A stretch of 64,000 nucleotides of DNA. Source: Flavobacteriales bacterium UBA7325. GTDB taxonomy: Bacteria > Bacteroidota > Bacteroidia > Flavobacteriales_D > Crocinitomicaceae. The stretch is taken from positions 1,347-65,346 of the forward strand of contig DKPV01000085.1 in the NCBI GenBank assembly GCA_002471375.1. The letters are read 5' to 3'. The position numbers and the translations under genes are program-made. Shown here one piece after another: positions 8,653 through 19,430 of the stretch; positions within the stretch are counted from its first letter, which is position 1; every line of letters begins with the position of its first letter. The notes beneath the pieces are model-generated. The model made no database searches. It was not told where the DNA came from and was given only the letters and a program-made list of their open reading frames with translations.

Positions 8653-9785
8653 TAGACGAAAACAATCCAGAGAACACAGACAAAAAGGATGATCACTCAT
8701 CTTATATGCCAACCAATGATGATGTTAAAAAGACTCCTGAAGAGGAATTGGAAGAGTTAACCGAGGAATCAGTGACTCCAATTGTGGAATCATCTGCTCC
8801 TACGACAGAATCATACGGTTTTGAAAGAAAGAATACAGAGCTTTTATGGGTGGCCCAAAAAGTGAATGATGTTCGCAACGAATTAGCGAAATACATCATC
8901 GGTCAAGTCGAGATGGTTGATTTATTGATGACGGGTATTTTTGCAAATGGACACATTCTTTTAGAGGGAGTTCCTGGAGTGGCAAAAACATTATCGGCGA
9001 AAGTTTTGGCTAAGTCGCTTAACGTGGACTTTGCAAGGATTCAATTCACACCGGACATGATGCCTTCTGATGTAATTGGAACATCTGTGTTTAACATGAA
9101 GGATACTTCGTTCACCTTTAAGAAAGGACCAATTTTCTCGAACATTGTGTTGATTGATGAGATTAACCGAGCACCTGCGAAGACTCAAGCAGCGCTGTTT
9201 GAGGTGATGGAAGAACGTCAAATTACCTATGATGGAGAGTGCTACAAGATGGGGTTCCCGTTCTTAATTGTTGCAACACAAAATCCGATTGATCAAGAAG
9301 GAACGTACAATCTTCCAGAAGCCCAATTGGATAGATTCTTGTTTAAAATCAAACTCGATTATCCTGAACTTCATGAAGAAGAGGAAATTTTGCAACGCTA
9401 CAAAAACAACATTAAAACACCGACTCTCGATGACATCTTAGCAGTATTCAGCGCTAGTGACATTGAGAAGATTCAAATGGAAGTTGAGAAAATAATTGTA
9501 GAAGATAATTTGGTAAAATATATCGCTGCAATAACTCATAAAACAAGAAATCACGGAAAAATATACTTAGGTGGTTCGCCTAGAGCATCACTTTCAATCA
9601 TTCGAGCATCCAAGGCGATAGCTGCTATCCGTGGGCGTGATTTTGTAACACCAGAAGATATTCAATATGTAGCCGTCCATGTGATGAACCATCGATTGAT
9701 CTTAACTCCTGAGGCAGAAATGGAAGGTGTACGTGTAGAGGATGTAGTAGATGAAATCGTGAAAACAATCGAAGTACCAAGATAA
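8649..9785 (+). CDS. MoxR-family AAA+ ATPase
   Basis: Walker A LLEGVPGVAKT and Walker B VLIDEINRAPAKTQAALFEVMEERQIT, with a typical AAA_3/MoxR length after a ~75-aa acidic N-terminal extension. The ATG at 8649 overlaps the upstream stop (ATGA). Confidence 0.92.
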   Translation: MIDENNPENTDKKDDHSSYMPTNDDVKKTPEEELEELTEESVTPIVESSAPTTESYGFERKNTELLWVAQKVNDVRNELAKYIIGQVEMVDLLMTGIFANGHILLEGVPGVAKTLSAKVLAKSLNVDFARIQFTPDMMPSDVIGTSVFNMKDTSFTFKKGPIFSNIVLIDEINRAPAKTQAALFEVMEERQITYDGECYKMGFPFLIVATQNPIDQEGTYNLPEAQLDRFLFKIKLDYPELHEEEEILQRYKNNIKTPTLDDILAVFSASDIEKIQMEVEKIIVEDNLVKYIAAITHKTRNHGKIYLGGSPRASLSIIRASKAIAAIRGRDFVTPEDIQYVAVHVMNHRLILTPEAEMEGVRVEDVVDEIVKTIEVPR

Positions 9786-9794
9786 TAAGGTCTA

Positions 9795-11126
9795 TTGAAA
9801 ACACTAGGTAATATATATTTAACCAGATGGTTTTTTGCAGTGTTCGGCGCTGTGATCGTCTTGTATGTTGTGACATACTCAATTCCGTCCCTACAATTTG
9901 TAGCGAATGTCGTTTTGGCTTCAATGTTTGGGCTGACGCTTATTGATGTATTGCTAGTATTTTCAGCAAAAGAACCATTATCCGTTCAACGGAATGTGAA
10001 TAGCCGCCTTAATCTTGGGGATGACAATCCTGTTTCATTGATTGTAACCAACGAAACAAGTCAAGTCATTAATTTCACAATGATCGAGGGTTACCCTGTG
10101 GAAATGCAAGATCGGTCGACTGAGTTGACTGGAACATTGATGGGAGGTTCTAGCAAGGAGTTCAAGTATATTTTTACTCCAAAATCAAGAGGAACTTTTT
10201 TATTTGGCGATGTATTCATTATAATTCGTTCAATATTCTTCATGGCTTCTAGAAGAGTGGACATTAACATTTCTCAGGAAATAGACGTTTACCCATCGGT
10301 GTTACAAATGAAGAAATACGAACTTTTAGTATTTCAACAGCAGAAAACGAGTGTCGGAATTAAGAAGATTCGTCGACTCGGAAATAATAGTGAGTTCGAA
10401 CAGATCAAGAATTATATTCAGGGCGACGAACCTAAATGGATCAACTGGAAAGCAACAAGCCGAAGAAACGAGCTAATGGTTAATCAGTACCAAGAAGAAA
10501 AGTCTCAAAGTATCTATTGTATAATTGACAAGAGTCGAAGTATGCAGATGGAGTTCAATGGACTCTCTCTCCTTGATCATTCAATTAATTCATCGTTAGT
10601 ATTTTCGAATATTGCACTCCGAAAAAGTGATAAAGCAGGTCTCATTACTTTCTCTGATAAAATCGGAACACTAATTCCCGCAGAAAGAGGAGGTGCTCAG
10701 ATGCGTTTGATCCAGGAGTCACTTTTTAATCAGAAAACGCTTTATAAGGAAGGTAATTACGATGTTTTATACCAATCGATTCGTCGAACAGTAAAGTCAC
10801 GATCTTTGTTGATGTTGTTTACCAACTTTGAAACTGAATTCGCAATGCGTAGGGCTATACCAATGCTTCGAAGATTAAATCAGAAGCATGTGCTGGTAGT
10901 AGTGTTTTTCCAGAATAGCGACCTGCAAGATTTAGCATACGAGCCATCGAAATCGATTCAAGATGTCTATCAGTCTACAGTGGCCGAGCGTATGATTTCA
11001 ATGAAGTCAAGAATAGCTCGTGAGCTCAGAAAGAATGGAATTCAGACAGTATTAACGTTACCTGAAGAATTGTCGATTAATACAATTAATAAGTACTTGG
11101 AATTAAAGGCGAAGGGATCTATCTAG
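9795..11126 (+). CDS. DUF58 domain protein (MoxR partner)
   Basis: Two N-terminal TM helices and the DUF58 signature EFEQIKNYIQGDEPKWINWKATSRRNELMVNQYQEE....IDKSRSM. TTG start 9 nt after the MoxR stop. Confidence 0.85.
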   Translation: MKTLGNIYLTRWFFAVFGAVIVLYVVTYSIPSLQFVANVVLASMFGLTLIDVLLVFSAKEPLSVQRNVNSRLNLGDDNPVSLIVTNETSQVINFTMIEGYPVEMQDRSTELTGTLMGGSSKEFKYIFTPKSRGTFLFGDVFIIIRSIFFMASRRVDINISQEIDVYPSVLQMKKYELLVFQQQKTSVGIKKIRRLGNNSEFEQIKNYIQGDEPKWINWKATSRRNELMVNQYQEEKSQSIYCIIDKSRSMQMEFNGLSLLDHSINSSLVFSNIALRKSDKAGLITFSDKIGTLIPAERGGAQMRLIQESLFNQKTLYKEGNYDVLYQSIRRTVKSRSLLMLFTNFETEFAMRRAIPMLRRLNQKHVLVVVFFQNSDLQDLAYEPSKSIQDVYQSTVAERMISMKSRIARELRKNGIQTVLTLPEELSINTINKYLELKAKGSI

Positions 11127-11142
11127 GAAGTAGATAGTGTGA

Positions 11143-11880
11143 TTACTTCTTCTTAGTAGCTCTTCTCGAAAAGACGTTGTATTTAACAATCGAATAGATC
11201 GCTCTAAAACCATCTTTCCAACCTATCTTCTTACCCTCTTCATAGGTTCTCCCATAATAGGAGATACCGATTTCGTAGATACGTAGTTTTTTATTTCGAG
11301 CCAATTTTGCAGTAAGCTCTGGTTCGAAACCAAAACGCTTCTCTTTAAGGTATAGACCTTGTGCTATTTCAGTATTGATAAGCTTATAGCATGTTTCCAT
11401 GTCTGTAAGGTTCAAATTCGTGAACATGTTTGACAGATTCGTCAAGAACTTGTTTCCACGCGAGTGCCAATAGAATAATATTCGGTGTGGCTTATTTCCT
11501 AAAAACCGTGATCCGTAAACAACGTCAGCAAAGCCCTCAAGTACAGGTTGCAACAATTCATTGTATTCTCGAGGATCGTACTCTAAATCTGCATCCTGAA
11601 CAACCAAGTACTCACCAGTAGCAAGTTCGATTCCTCTGTGAATCGCAGCCCCTTTACCCATATTCTTAGGTTGCTGATGTAGCTGAATATTCATTTCCGG
11701 ATGAGCCGCGACATATTTTTCAAGTACTGCAAATGTATCGTCAGTCGAACAGTCATTCACAATAATTATCTCTTTCTCGATTCCATTCATCAGCTCAACG
11801 TCACCAATTTTATCCAAAATGAGGTGAATGGTCGCTGATTCATTGTATGCAGGAATCAAGATGGAAAGCTTTGAAATCAT
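11143..11880 (-). CDS. glycosyltransferase family 2 (polyprenyl-phosphate sugar synthase-like)
   Basis: [10 protein letters not shown]....VNDCSTDDT...[10 protein letters not shown] is the classic GT2 (GT-A) pattern. 245 aa and soluble. Confidence 0.9.
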   Translation of the reverse strand: MISKLSILIPAYNESATIHLILDKIGDVELMNGIEKEIIIVNDCSTDDTFAVLEKYVAAHPEMNIQLHQQPKNMGKGAAIHRGIELATGEYLVVQDADLEYDPREYNELLQPVLEGFADVVYGSRFLGNKPHRILFYWHSRGNKFLTNLSNMFTNLNLTDMETCYKLINTEIAQGLYLKEKRFGFEPELTAKLARNKKLRIYEIGISYYGRTYEEGKKIGWKDGFRAIYSIVKYNVFSRRATKKK

Positions 11881-11991
11881 ATCCTTATATTAGGTCGGCG
11901 CAAATTACGACTATTTACTGAGATCGCAATTTTGGCTTAATGCTTGTGACTTTTCATTTTATTCGCATTATATAGAAACAAACAATCACCT

Positions 11992-12576
11992 ATGAGAAAT
12001 TTAACCATCCTATTATTAGCGATTTGTTCCTTTTACGCCTGCGCTCAATCTGATCCAGATCAAGTGTTAACAGCAAATGACGAAGAGCCTCAATTATCGT
12101 TACAAGAAATCACTAGAAATGGTGGATTTCAAAAAAAAGATTTGAAAATACTTATAGATAAATCAGCTTACACTTTGCAAGTATTTTACAAAGACTCTTT
12201 ACTAATAACTTATCCATGCGTGTTTGGCTTCAACGAGATTGATGACAAGCACCAAGAAGGTGATGGATGCACTCCAGAGGGTGAATTCGGAATTAGAAGC
12301 ATGTACCCACACAAGAGTTGGTCTTATTTTATTTGGGTCGATTACCCCAACGAAGAATCGTGGAGACGTTTTAGGGCTCGCCGTGCAGACGGTACTATTG
12401 AAGATGGTGCAACTATTGGCGGCGAAATTGGAATACACGGTGTTCCTGAAGGCGCAGATGATTTAATCTCTTCACGGACAAATTGGACTTTGGGGTGTAT
12501 TTCCTTGACGAATAAAGATGTTACAGATCTCTACAAGTCTATTAATAAGTACACAACAATGGAAATTGTCCCATAG
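11992..12576 (+). CDS. L,D-transpeptidase family (YkuD) lipoprotein
   Basis: Lipoprotein signal LLLAICSFYAC and the catalytic motif IGIHG....WTLGCISL. Confidence 0.8.
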   Translation: MRNLTILLLAICSFYACAQSDPDQVLTANDEEPQLSLQEITRNGGFQKKDLKILIDKSAYTLQVFYKDSLLITYPCVFGFNEIDDKHQEGDGCTPEGEFGIRSMYPHKSWSYFIWVDYPNEESWRRFRARRADGTIEDGATIGGEIGIHGVPEGADDLISSRTNWTLGCISLTNKDVTDLYKSINKYTTMEIVP

Positions 12577-12619
12577 CAGGAGTTCATTCCAAACTATATA
12601 CGAAATTCGATGATTAAAT

Positions 12620-12627
12620 TATCTTTG
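12620..12627 (+). promoter_or_regulatory. -7 promoter motif TATCTTTG
   Basis: Exact TAnnTTTG, 27 nt upstream of the ATG at 12654. Confidence 0.4.
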
Positions 12628-12653
12628 TCCTGATAATATTAAAGCCAGCGATC

Positions 12654-14195
12654 ATGGACAAAAATCAACAGTTAATTGATAAGCGAGCTGCTTCAAAATT
12701 AGGAGGTGGTGCGGATAGAATAGAACGTCAACACGAGAAGGGTAAGCTTACCGCTCGCGAACGAATCCTATTGTTGATGGATGAAGGGTCGTTTCAGGAA
12801 ATTGGAATGTTTGTCGAGCATCAATCCACTGCATTTGGTTTAGATAAGAATAAATTTCCTGGAGATGGTGTGGTTACCGGTTATGGAACTATACACGGTC
12901 GTCCCATTTACGTTTTCTCTCAAGATTTCACGGTTCTCGGTGGTTCACTTTCGAAAACTCACGCAGATAAGATTTGCCGTGTGATGGATCTTGCAATGAA
13001 AAATGGAGCACCGCTAATTGGCTTGAATGATTCAGGAGGAGCACGAATTCAAGAGGGTGTGGTTTCCTTAGCTGGATATGCAGATATCTTTTATAGAAAT
13101 ACCAAGGCATCAGGCGTTATTCCTCAATTGAGTGTCGTGATGGGGCCATGTGCTGGTGGAGCAGTTTATTCTCCGGCATTGACTGATTTTATTTTCATGG
13201 TTGAAGACACATCTTATATGTTTGTCACAGGTCCTAATGTTGTAAAAACAGTGACGCATGAAGAAGTTTCTTCAGAAGATTTAGGGGGTGCTAAAACGCA
13301 CGCCGAGAAATCAGGAGTCAATCATTTTACAGCAGCGAATGATGTTGAGGTGATCAAACAAGTGCGAGATATTTTAACGTACATGCCACAAAACTCGCAA
13401 GAATTAGCGCCGAATCCTTCGCAATTTGAATTTAGTGAAGCGAAGAATAGCGCAATTAAATCGATCCTACCTGATAACAGTAACTTGCCATACGACATGG
13501 TAAAAGTTCTTGATGCAATTATCGATGACAATTCGTTTAGAGAAGTGCACGCTGATTTTGCAAAGAATATTGTAGTTGGCTTCGCTCGATTGGAGGGTAA
13601 AACGGTCGGAGTAATCGCAAATCAACCTTCTGTTATGGCAGGAGTTTTAGATATTGATGCATCAAGAAAAGGAGCACGATTCGTGCGATTCTGTGATGCA
13701 TTTAATATTCCGCTGATGGTGCTCGAAGATGTGCCGGGATTCTTACCTGGAACTGAGCAGGAATGGAACGGAATTATCACTCATGGAGCAAAATTACTCT
13801 ATGCTTTCTCAGAAGCAACAGTTCCTAGAATTACGGTGATAACTCGTAAGGCATACGGTGGAGCATTTGATGTAATGAACTCTAAAAGTATTGGAGCAGA
13901 TTTCAATTTTGCATGGCCTACTGCCGAAATTGCGGTGATGGGAGCGAAAGGTGCAGCTGAAATCATTTTCAAAAGAGAGATTAAGTCTTCTGATGATCCT
14001 GCGGCGAAGTGGACGGAGAAAGAAACGGAATATGCAGCTGAGTTTGCGAATCCGTATCGCGCAGCCGAGCGAGGAATTGTTGATGAAGTAATTCTACCTG
14101 AGGAGACTAGATCAAAGTTGATTCTAGCATTTAAAATGTTGGAGAATAAATCTGAATCACAACCGAAAAGGAAACATGGAAATATCCCTATGTAG
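12654..14195 (+). CDS. acyl-CoA carboxylase carboxyltransferase (beta) subunit; propionyl-CoA carboxylase beta / methylmalonyl-CoA decarboxylase alpha family
   Basis: 513 aa with full-length similarity to PccB/MmdA-type proteins ([54 protein letters not shown]). Confidence 0.93.
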   Translation: MDKNQQLIDKRAASKLGGGADRIERQHEKGKLTARERILLLMDEGSFQEIGMFVEHQSTAFGLDKNKFPGDGVVTGYGTIHGRPIYVFSQDFTVLGGSLSKTHADKICRVMDLAMKNGAPLIGLNDSGGARIQEGVVSLAGYADIFYRNTKASGVIPQLSVVMGPCAGGAVYSPALTDFIFMVEDTSYMFVTGPNVVKTVTHEEVSSEDLGGAKTHAEKSGVNHFTAANDVEVIKQVRDILTYMPQNSQELAPNPSQFEFSEAKNSAIKSILPDNSNLPYDMVKVLDAIIDDNSFREVHADFAKNIVVGFARLEGKTVGVIANQPSVMAGVLDIDASRKGARFVRFCDAFNIPLMVLEDVPGFLPGTEQEWNGIITHGAKLLYAFSEATVPRITVITRKAYGGAFDVMNSKSIGADFNFAWPTAEIAVMGAKGAAEIIFKREIKSSDDPAAKWTEKETEYAAEFANPYRAAERGIVDEVILPEETRSKLILAFKMLENKSESQPKRKHGNIPM

Positions 14196-14225
14196 TATAG
14201 CTGTTTGCCCCAAACCGGCTATGGA

Positions 14226-15890
14226 TTAAATTCGTTCTAGTAAGTAGACTTTGTCTACGTTTTCTTCGCGCGTCTCCTTGTATAGGAATGGAATTTTCAA
14301 TTGTGTTACTGGAAAATCGTTGAATTCTTTTACAAGTTTACAAGGCAGGTTATCGCGCTGAATTTTCTCATAGGTTTCCTCATTCGTATAGATCCACACA
14401 CCAGATTCGAGACCTTCAATATCCCAGATATTGATACCTTCAGAAATCCCTTCTTGGTAGAAGTCTATTGAGTGCTCATGAACGTGTAAATAGACAAATT
14501 TGTCAAGTTCCGCACCTTTTTCCTTAATCATTCTCCCAACATTTCCACCTGCTTGATAGTCTCCAACTAGCTGTGGGTAGAAGTGAGACGCAAGTACAAT
14601 ATTGAATCCAATGATGGTAGTCATTGCACTAAAGAAGAGTCGATTCGTGAGTGAGTTTTGTTTGATGAAAAAGTACCACGAAAGTGCAAATAAGGCAACC
14701 AAAACAATTGGAAGAAAAATGTTCGTTGCCGGAAATAGTAATGTTAATGCAACGACAATTACGATCCAAAAAAGTGAATTGAAAAAGCCTTGGACATATA
14801 AGAGCCAGTGCTGTTTATCTGTTAAGCCTAACAAGAACCTAGCAGCAAAAATAGCCGCAAAAGGGAAGGTAACGAAGATGTAATGGGGTAGCTTGAATCT
14901 AGATAGAGAAAGAGCGATAAAAATAACAAGGAAACCACCAAGCGAGATGTATTCCGGAGAATTCAATCTTTTGTTCTTAATAAATGCGATCAAACCTCCA
15001 GCTAAACTCAATATCAGGTAAAGAATCCAAGGTTGGAAGTCCCAAAGGATTGAATGAAAAAAGAAGAAGAACCCTGAATCATCTTGCCAGGCGCTATCGC
15101 CAGTAATTCGACCAAAGCTTTGGGTCCAGTAAAAGAATTCTAGACCAGAAGGACCTTGTAAATCATAAACGAATTTTTCAGGGTGAAGATCAAACTGCGT
15201 GTACAGACCGTAGGTCATAGGAGCGAGGAGGAGAACCACAATGATCAAGCCCACAATCCACTGCCACTTGAAGATATGTTTCCATTCCTTCTTAATAATT
15301 AAATGAGTACCCAATGCCGCAGCGACTACTACAATCCCAATTGGGCCCTTGGCCAGCATTGCCAATCCAACTCCGACGAAACCGAGAATTAAATTTATCC
15401 AAGTAGAGCGCTGAACAAAGAGAATCAATTGCCAAACAGAAAAGATTACGAATGCGAGTAGACTAGTATCTGTTCTGACATCGTTGGTCATCAGAAACAT
15501 TCCTTGTGTCGAAGAGAGGATGAGTGTAGCAAACAAAGCTGTCTTATGACAGTAAAATAATCGTGTAAACTTAAATGTACTGTATAGCCCAAGTAATGTA
15601 AGTAGAAGGGCCGGCAACTTGTACGCGAAATTGTTTACACCAAATATGAGGAAGCTGACAGAAGACATCCAAAAGGAAAGCGGCGGTTTGTCCAGGTAAT
15701 CCATATTCCTATGATAGACCTCGAGGTAACTGCCATTCATGGACATTTCCATGGAAATTGAAGCGTATTGAGCCGCATCTACATCCATGACATCGATAAA
15801 TAAATTAAAGCCATAGATTACTAGAATACCCGTAAAAACGAGTAAATACTTGTTCTGATCAAGGAAATGTAACAATCGACTTTGCTGCAT
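14226..15890 (-). CDS. ArnT/PMT-like glycosyltransferase family 39 (polytopic membrane)
   Basis: 554 aa with more than 10 TM helices. The N-terminal loop DVDAAQYASISMEM...YLDKPPL is typical of GT-C family 39/83 enzymes. Confidence 0.8.
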   Translation of the reverse strand: MQQSRLLHFLDQNKYLLVFTGILVIYGFNLFIDVMDVDAAQYASISMEMSMNGSYLEVYHRNMDYLDKPPLSFWMSSVSFLIFGVNNFAYKLPALLLTLLGLYSTFKFTRLFYCHKTALFATLILSSTQGMFLMTNDVRTDTSLLAFVIFSVWQLILFVQRSTWINLILGFVGVGLAMLAKGPIGIVVVAAALGTHLIIKKEWKHIFKWQWIVGLIIVVLLLAPMTYGLYTQFDLHPEKFVYDLQGPSGLEFFYWTQSFGRITGDSAWQDDSGFFFFFHSILWDFQPWILYLILSLAGGLIAFIKNKRLNSPEYISLGGFLVIFIALSLSRFKLPHYIFVTFPFAAIFAARFLLGLTDKQHWLLYVQGFFNSLFWIVIVVALTLLFPATNIFLPIVLVALFALSWYFFIKQNSLTNRLFFSAMTTIIGFNIVLASHFYPQLVGDYQAGGNVGRMIKEKGAELDKFVYLHVHEHSIDFYQEGISEGINIWDIEGLESGVWIYTNEETYEKIQRDNLPCKLVKEFNDFPVTQLKIPFLYKETREENVDKVYLLERI

Positions 15891-16017
15891 AATATCCAGA
15901 GGGATATGAGGAACGAAATTAAGAGTAATAGTTAATTCGCAGGATTGAATAGATTAATAATCATCTATTTCCCTTCAAACTATCGCAAATTCAAGCTCTA
16001 AGCATGTAAGAAATCCC

Positions 16018-16025
16018 TATTTTTG
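16018..16025 (+). promoter_or_regulatory. -7 promoter motif TATTTTTG upstream of aspS
   Basis: Exact TAnnTTTG, 19 nt upstream of the ATG at 16044. Confidence 0.45.
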
Positions 16026-16043
16026 CAGGAATAATTTAGATAC

Positions 16044-17792
16044 ATGTACAGATCACATACTTGCGGAGAATTACGCACATCACATATTGGACAAACGGTT
16101 AAACTTGCTGGATGGGTTCAGCGTTCAAAAGACATGGGAGGTTTAACCTTCGTTAATCTTAGAGATCGCTATGGAATAACTCAATTGAACTTTAATTCAG
16201 AGGACAACGCTAAATTGACGGACGAAGCTAACAAACTCGGTCGTGAATTTGTTATTCAAGTCGAGGGTGAAGTAATTGAGCGCTCTAGTAAAAACATGAA
16301 TATCCCTACCGGAGAGATCGAAATTAAGGTGAGTGAATTGACGGTTCTTAATGCGTCAAAAACTCCACCATTTACGATTGAAGATGATACGGATGGAGGG
16401 GAAGAGCTCAGAGCACAATACCGTTATTTGGATCTGAGAAGAAATCCAGTTCAGGAGAAACTTCGACTAAGAAATAAAGTAGCTCTTGAGACTAGAAAGT
16501 ATCTTGATTCGGTTGATTTTGTAGATGTAGAAACACCGATGCTAATCAAATCGACTCCTGAAGGAGCAAGAGATTTTGTTGTTCCAAGTAGAATGAATGA
16601 GGGACAGTTTTATGCGTTGCCTCAGTCACCACAAACATTCAAGCAGTTATTGATGGTTTCAGGACTTGACCGTTACTATCAAATCGTGAAATGTTTCCGT
16701 GATGAAGATTTACGAGCAGATCGTCAACCTGAATTTACGCAGATTGATTGCGAAATGACATTCGTAGATCAAGAAGATGTTTTGACGACATTCGAGGGAA
16801 TGATCAGACACTTATTTACTGAAGTAAAAGGAGTTGATCTTGGAGAAGAATTTCCAAGAATGACATATGCAGAAGCAATGACACGATACGGTTCTGATAA
16901 ACCAGATATTCGTTTTGGGATGGAATTCGTTGACTTCAATGAGGTAACGAAAGGTCGAGGATTCGGAATTTTTGATGATGCGGAAGCTGTGCTTGCCATT
17001 AATGCAGAACAATGTGCAGTTTATACAAGAAAGCAATTAGATAAATTAACTGATTGGGTACGTCGTCCGCAAATTGGATGTAAAGGCCTTATCTACATGC
17101 GTTACAATGAAGATGGGACATTTAAGTCATCAGTTGATAAGTTCTATTCTCAAGAGGATCTTGCTAAATGGGCGGAAGCTGCGAACGCTAAACCAGGGGA
17201 TTTAATTTTGGTTTTAAGCGGTGATCTCGCTAAAGTTCAAAAGCAAATGAATGAATTGCGCTTGCACATGGGAGATGAGCTTGGGTTGAGAAATCCGAAA
17301 GTATTCAAACCATTATGGGTTGTAGATTTTCCTCTTTTAGAGTGGGATGAAGAATCAGAGCGTTATCATGCGATGCATCATCCATTTACTTCTCCTAAGC
17401 CGGAAGACATGCATTTGATCGATACCGATCCAGGGAAAGTACGCGCTAATGCTTATGATTTGGCAATGAACGGAGTTGAACTAGGTGGTGGATCTATTCG
17501 TATTCATGATCGTGATATTCAGTCACGCATGTTTGATTTACTAGGTTTCTCAAAAGAAGAAGCAGAAGCCCAATTTGGTTTCTTAATGTCAGCCTTTGAA
17601 TACGGTGCACCTCCTCATGGTGGTTTGGCATTTGGACTTGATCGTTTAGTCGCGACAATGGGTGGATCGGAATCTATCCGTGATTACATCGCGTTCCCAA
17701 AAAACAATAGTGGTCGTGATGTCATGATTGATGCACCATCACCATTGAATGAAGAACAGTTTAAAGAGTTGAATATCAAACTCACGCTTTAG
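16044..17792 (+). CDS. aspS: aspartate--tRNA ligase
   Basis: [26 protein letters not shown], and the class II motifs GGGSIRIH and GLAFGLDR. Confidence 0.98.
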   Translation: MYRSHTCGELRTSHIGQTVKLAGWVQRSKDMGGLTFVNLRDRYGITQLNFNSEDNAKLTDEANKLGREFVIQVEGEVIERSSKNMNIPTGEIEIKVSELTVLNASKTPPFTIEDDTDGGEELRAQYRYLDLRRNPVQEKLRLRNKVALETRKYLDSVDFVDVETPMLIKSTPEGARDFVVPSRMNEGQFYALPQSPQTFKQLLMVSGLDRYYQIVKCFRDEDLRADRQPEFTQIDCEMTFVDQEDVLTTFEGMIRHLFTEVKGVDLGEEFPRMTYAEAMTRYGSDKPDIRFGMEFVDFNEVTKGRGFGIFDDAEAVLAINAEQCAVYTRKQLDKLTDWVRRPQIGCKGLIYMRYNEDGTFKSSVDKFYSQEDLAKWAEAANAKPGDLILVLSGDLAKVQKQMNELRLHMGDELGLRNPKVFKPLWVVDFPLLEWDEESERYHAMHHPFTSPKPEDMHLIDTDPGKVRANAYDLAMNGVELGGGSIRIHDRDIQSRMFDLLGFSKEEAEAQFGFLMSAFEYGAPPHGGLAFGLDRLVATMGGSESIRDYIAFPKNNSGRDVMIDAPSPLNEEQFKELNIKLTL

Positions 17793-17793
17793 T

Positions 17794-17801
17794 TATATTT
17801 G
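17794..17801 (+). promoter_or_regulatory. -7 promoter motif TATATTTG upstream of cysS
   Basis: Exact TAnnTTTG, 20 nt upstream of the ATG at 17821. Confidence 0.4.
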
Positions 17802-17820
17802 TTAGAAATACGATTCAAAA

Positions 17821-19287
17821 ATGAAAGCAGAAGCAGCACAATTATCCATTTACAACAGCTTGACCGGAACAAAGGAAACTTTTATTCCACTAAACGAAGG
17901 ATTTGTTGGTTTCTACGTATGTGGGCCAACTGTCTATAGCAATGTACACTTGGGTAACTGTCGAACTTTCATTTCATTCGATCTTGTTTATCGCTATCTC
18001 AATCATTTGGGATATAAAGTACGCTATGTACGCAACATCACCGATGTGGGTCACCTTGTGGATGATGCGGATCAAGGTGAGGATAAGATTGCAAAAAAGG
18101 CACGGCTAGAACAACTAGAGCCAATGGAAATTGTGCAACAATACACGATCGATTTTCATGATGTCATGAATCAATTTAATGCAATAGCTCCAGACATTGA
18201 GCCAACTGCCACAGGTCACATCATTGAGCAAATAGAATTGATTAAAGCTATCCTTGATAACGGATTCGCTTATGAATCGAATGGTTCTATTTACTTCGAT
18301 GTTGAGAAATACAATGAGTCACATCCATATGGTGAGCTTTCGGGGAGGAAAATTGAAGATCTTCTAACGAACACCCGTGAATTAGATGGTCAAAATGAAA
18401 AACGCGCCCCATTAGATTTTGCACTTTGGAAAAATGCTTCTGATGAGCACCTTATGAAGTGGCCATCTCCTTGGGGGATTGGTTTTCCAGGATGGCACCT
18501 AGAGTGTTCAGCGATGAGTACAAAATATCTAGGGAAACAGTTTGACATCCACGGTGGAGGAATGGATTTGAAATTTCCTCATCACGAGTGTGAGATTGCA
18601 CAAGGTACCGCTGGTTGTGGAATAGCACCAGTGAGACATTGGATGCACACAAATATGTTGACGCTCAACGGTAAAAAGATGAGTAAGTCTACCGGTAATA
18701 GTTTATTACCAGCAGAACTCTTCTCAGGTGAAAACGATCTTCTTGAAAAGGCATATGACCCAATGGTTGTTCGTTTCTTCATGATGCAAGCACATTATCG
18801 AAGCACACTGGATTTCACCTCAGAAGCACTCAATGCATCTGAAAAAGGGTATGCGAAACTTATAGAAGCCATGGACAGTTTGATGTCGTTGACTTCTTCT
18901 GATTCATCATCTGCCGATGTTGAAGGGCTGGTAGCTAAGTTCTATGAAGCAATGAATGATGATTTCAATGCTCCAATTTTGGTATCACATTTATTTGACG
19001 CAGTTAAATTTATCAATTCAACGAAGGATGGAAAGGCGACAATCTCAGCTGCAGATCTGAGTCTTCTTCAAACTGAAATGAAGGTGTTCGTTCGTGACAT
19101 TTTAGGACTTGCAAAAAGTTCCGAATCTGGCGAATCTCGCCTAGATCCAGTCATGGATTTAATTCTTGACTTGCGTCAGGAGGCACGAGCAAATAAAGAC
19201 TGGTCAACATCTGATAAAATACGTGACGGACTTGCCGGTGCAGGAATCGTAGTTAAAGATTCTAAGGAAGGTACAAGCTGGAATTAG
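17821..19287 (+). CDS. cysS: cysteine--tRNA ligase
   Basis: HIGH-type motif (VHLGNCRT) and KMSKS ([10 protein letters not shown]), with full-length CysRS similarity. Confidence 0.98.
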   Translation: MKAEAAQLSIYNSLTGTKETFIPLNEGFVGFYVCGPTVYSNVHLGNCRTFISFDLVYRYLNHLGYKVRYVRNITDVGHLVDDADQGEDKIAKKARLEQLEPMEIVQQYTIDFHDVMNQFNAIAPDIEPTATGHIIEQIELIKAILDNGFAYESNGSIYFDVEKYNESHPYGELSGRKIEDLLTNTRELDGQNEKRAPLDFALWKNASDEHLMKWPSPWGIGFPGWHLECSAMSTKYLGKQFDIHGGGMDLKFPHHECEIAQGTAGCGIAPVRHWMHTNMLTLNGKKMSKSTGNSLLPAELFSGENDLLEKAYDPMVVRFFMMQAHYRSTLDFTSEALNASEKGYAKLIEAMDSLMSLTSSDSSSADVEGLVAKFYEAMNDDFNAPILVSHLFDAVKFINSTKDGKATISAADLSLLQTEMKVFVRDILGLAKSSESGESRLDPVMDLILDLRQEARANKDWSTSDKIRDGLAGAGIVVKDSKEGTSWN

Positions 19288-19430
19288 GACTAAGCATCTG
19301 TTGTTTTTCTTGTTGATATCTTTCTCTGTTATTCGTGAGATTTCATGGATGTGAATTGTCGCATCACCCGATTTATTCCTATTTTAGAAGCCTTGCCGAA
19401 AATTGGTGAAACACCTATTAATAGTTGATT

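Noticed and set aside
12224-12466. 80-aa plus-strand ORF in an alternative frame inside the L,D-transpeptidase gene
   Set aside because: It is nested fully within a CDS that carries the conserved YkuD catalytic motif in the other frame. There is no independent evidence for overprinting.
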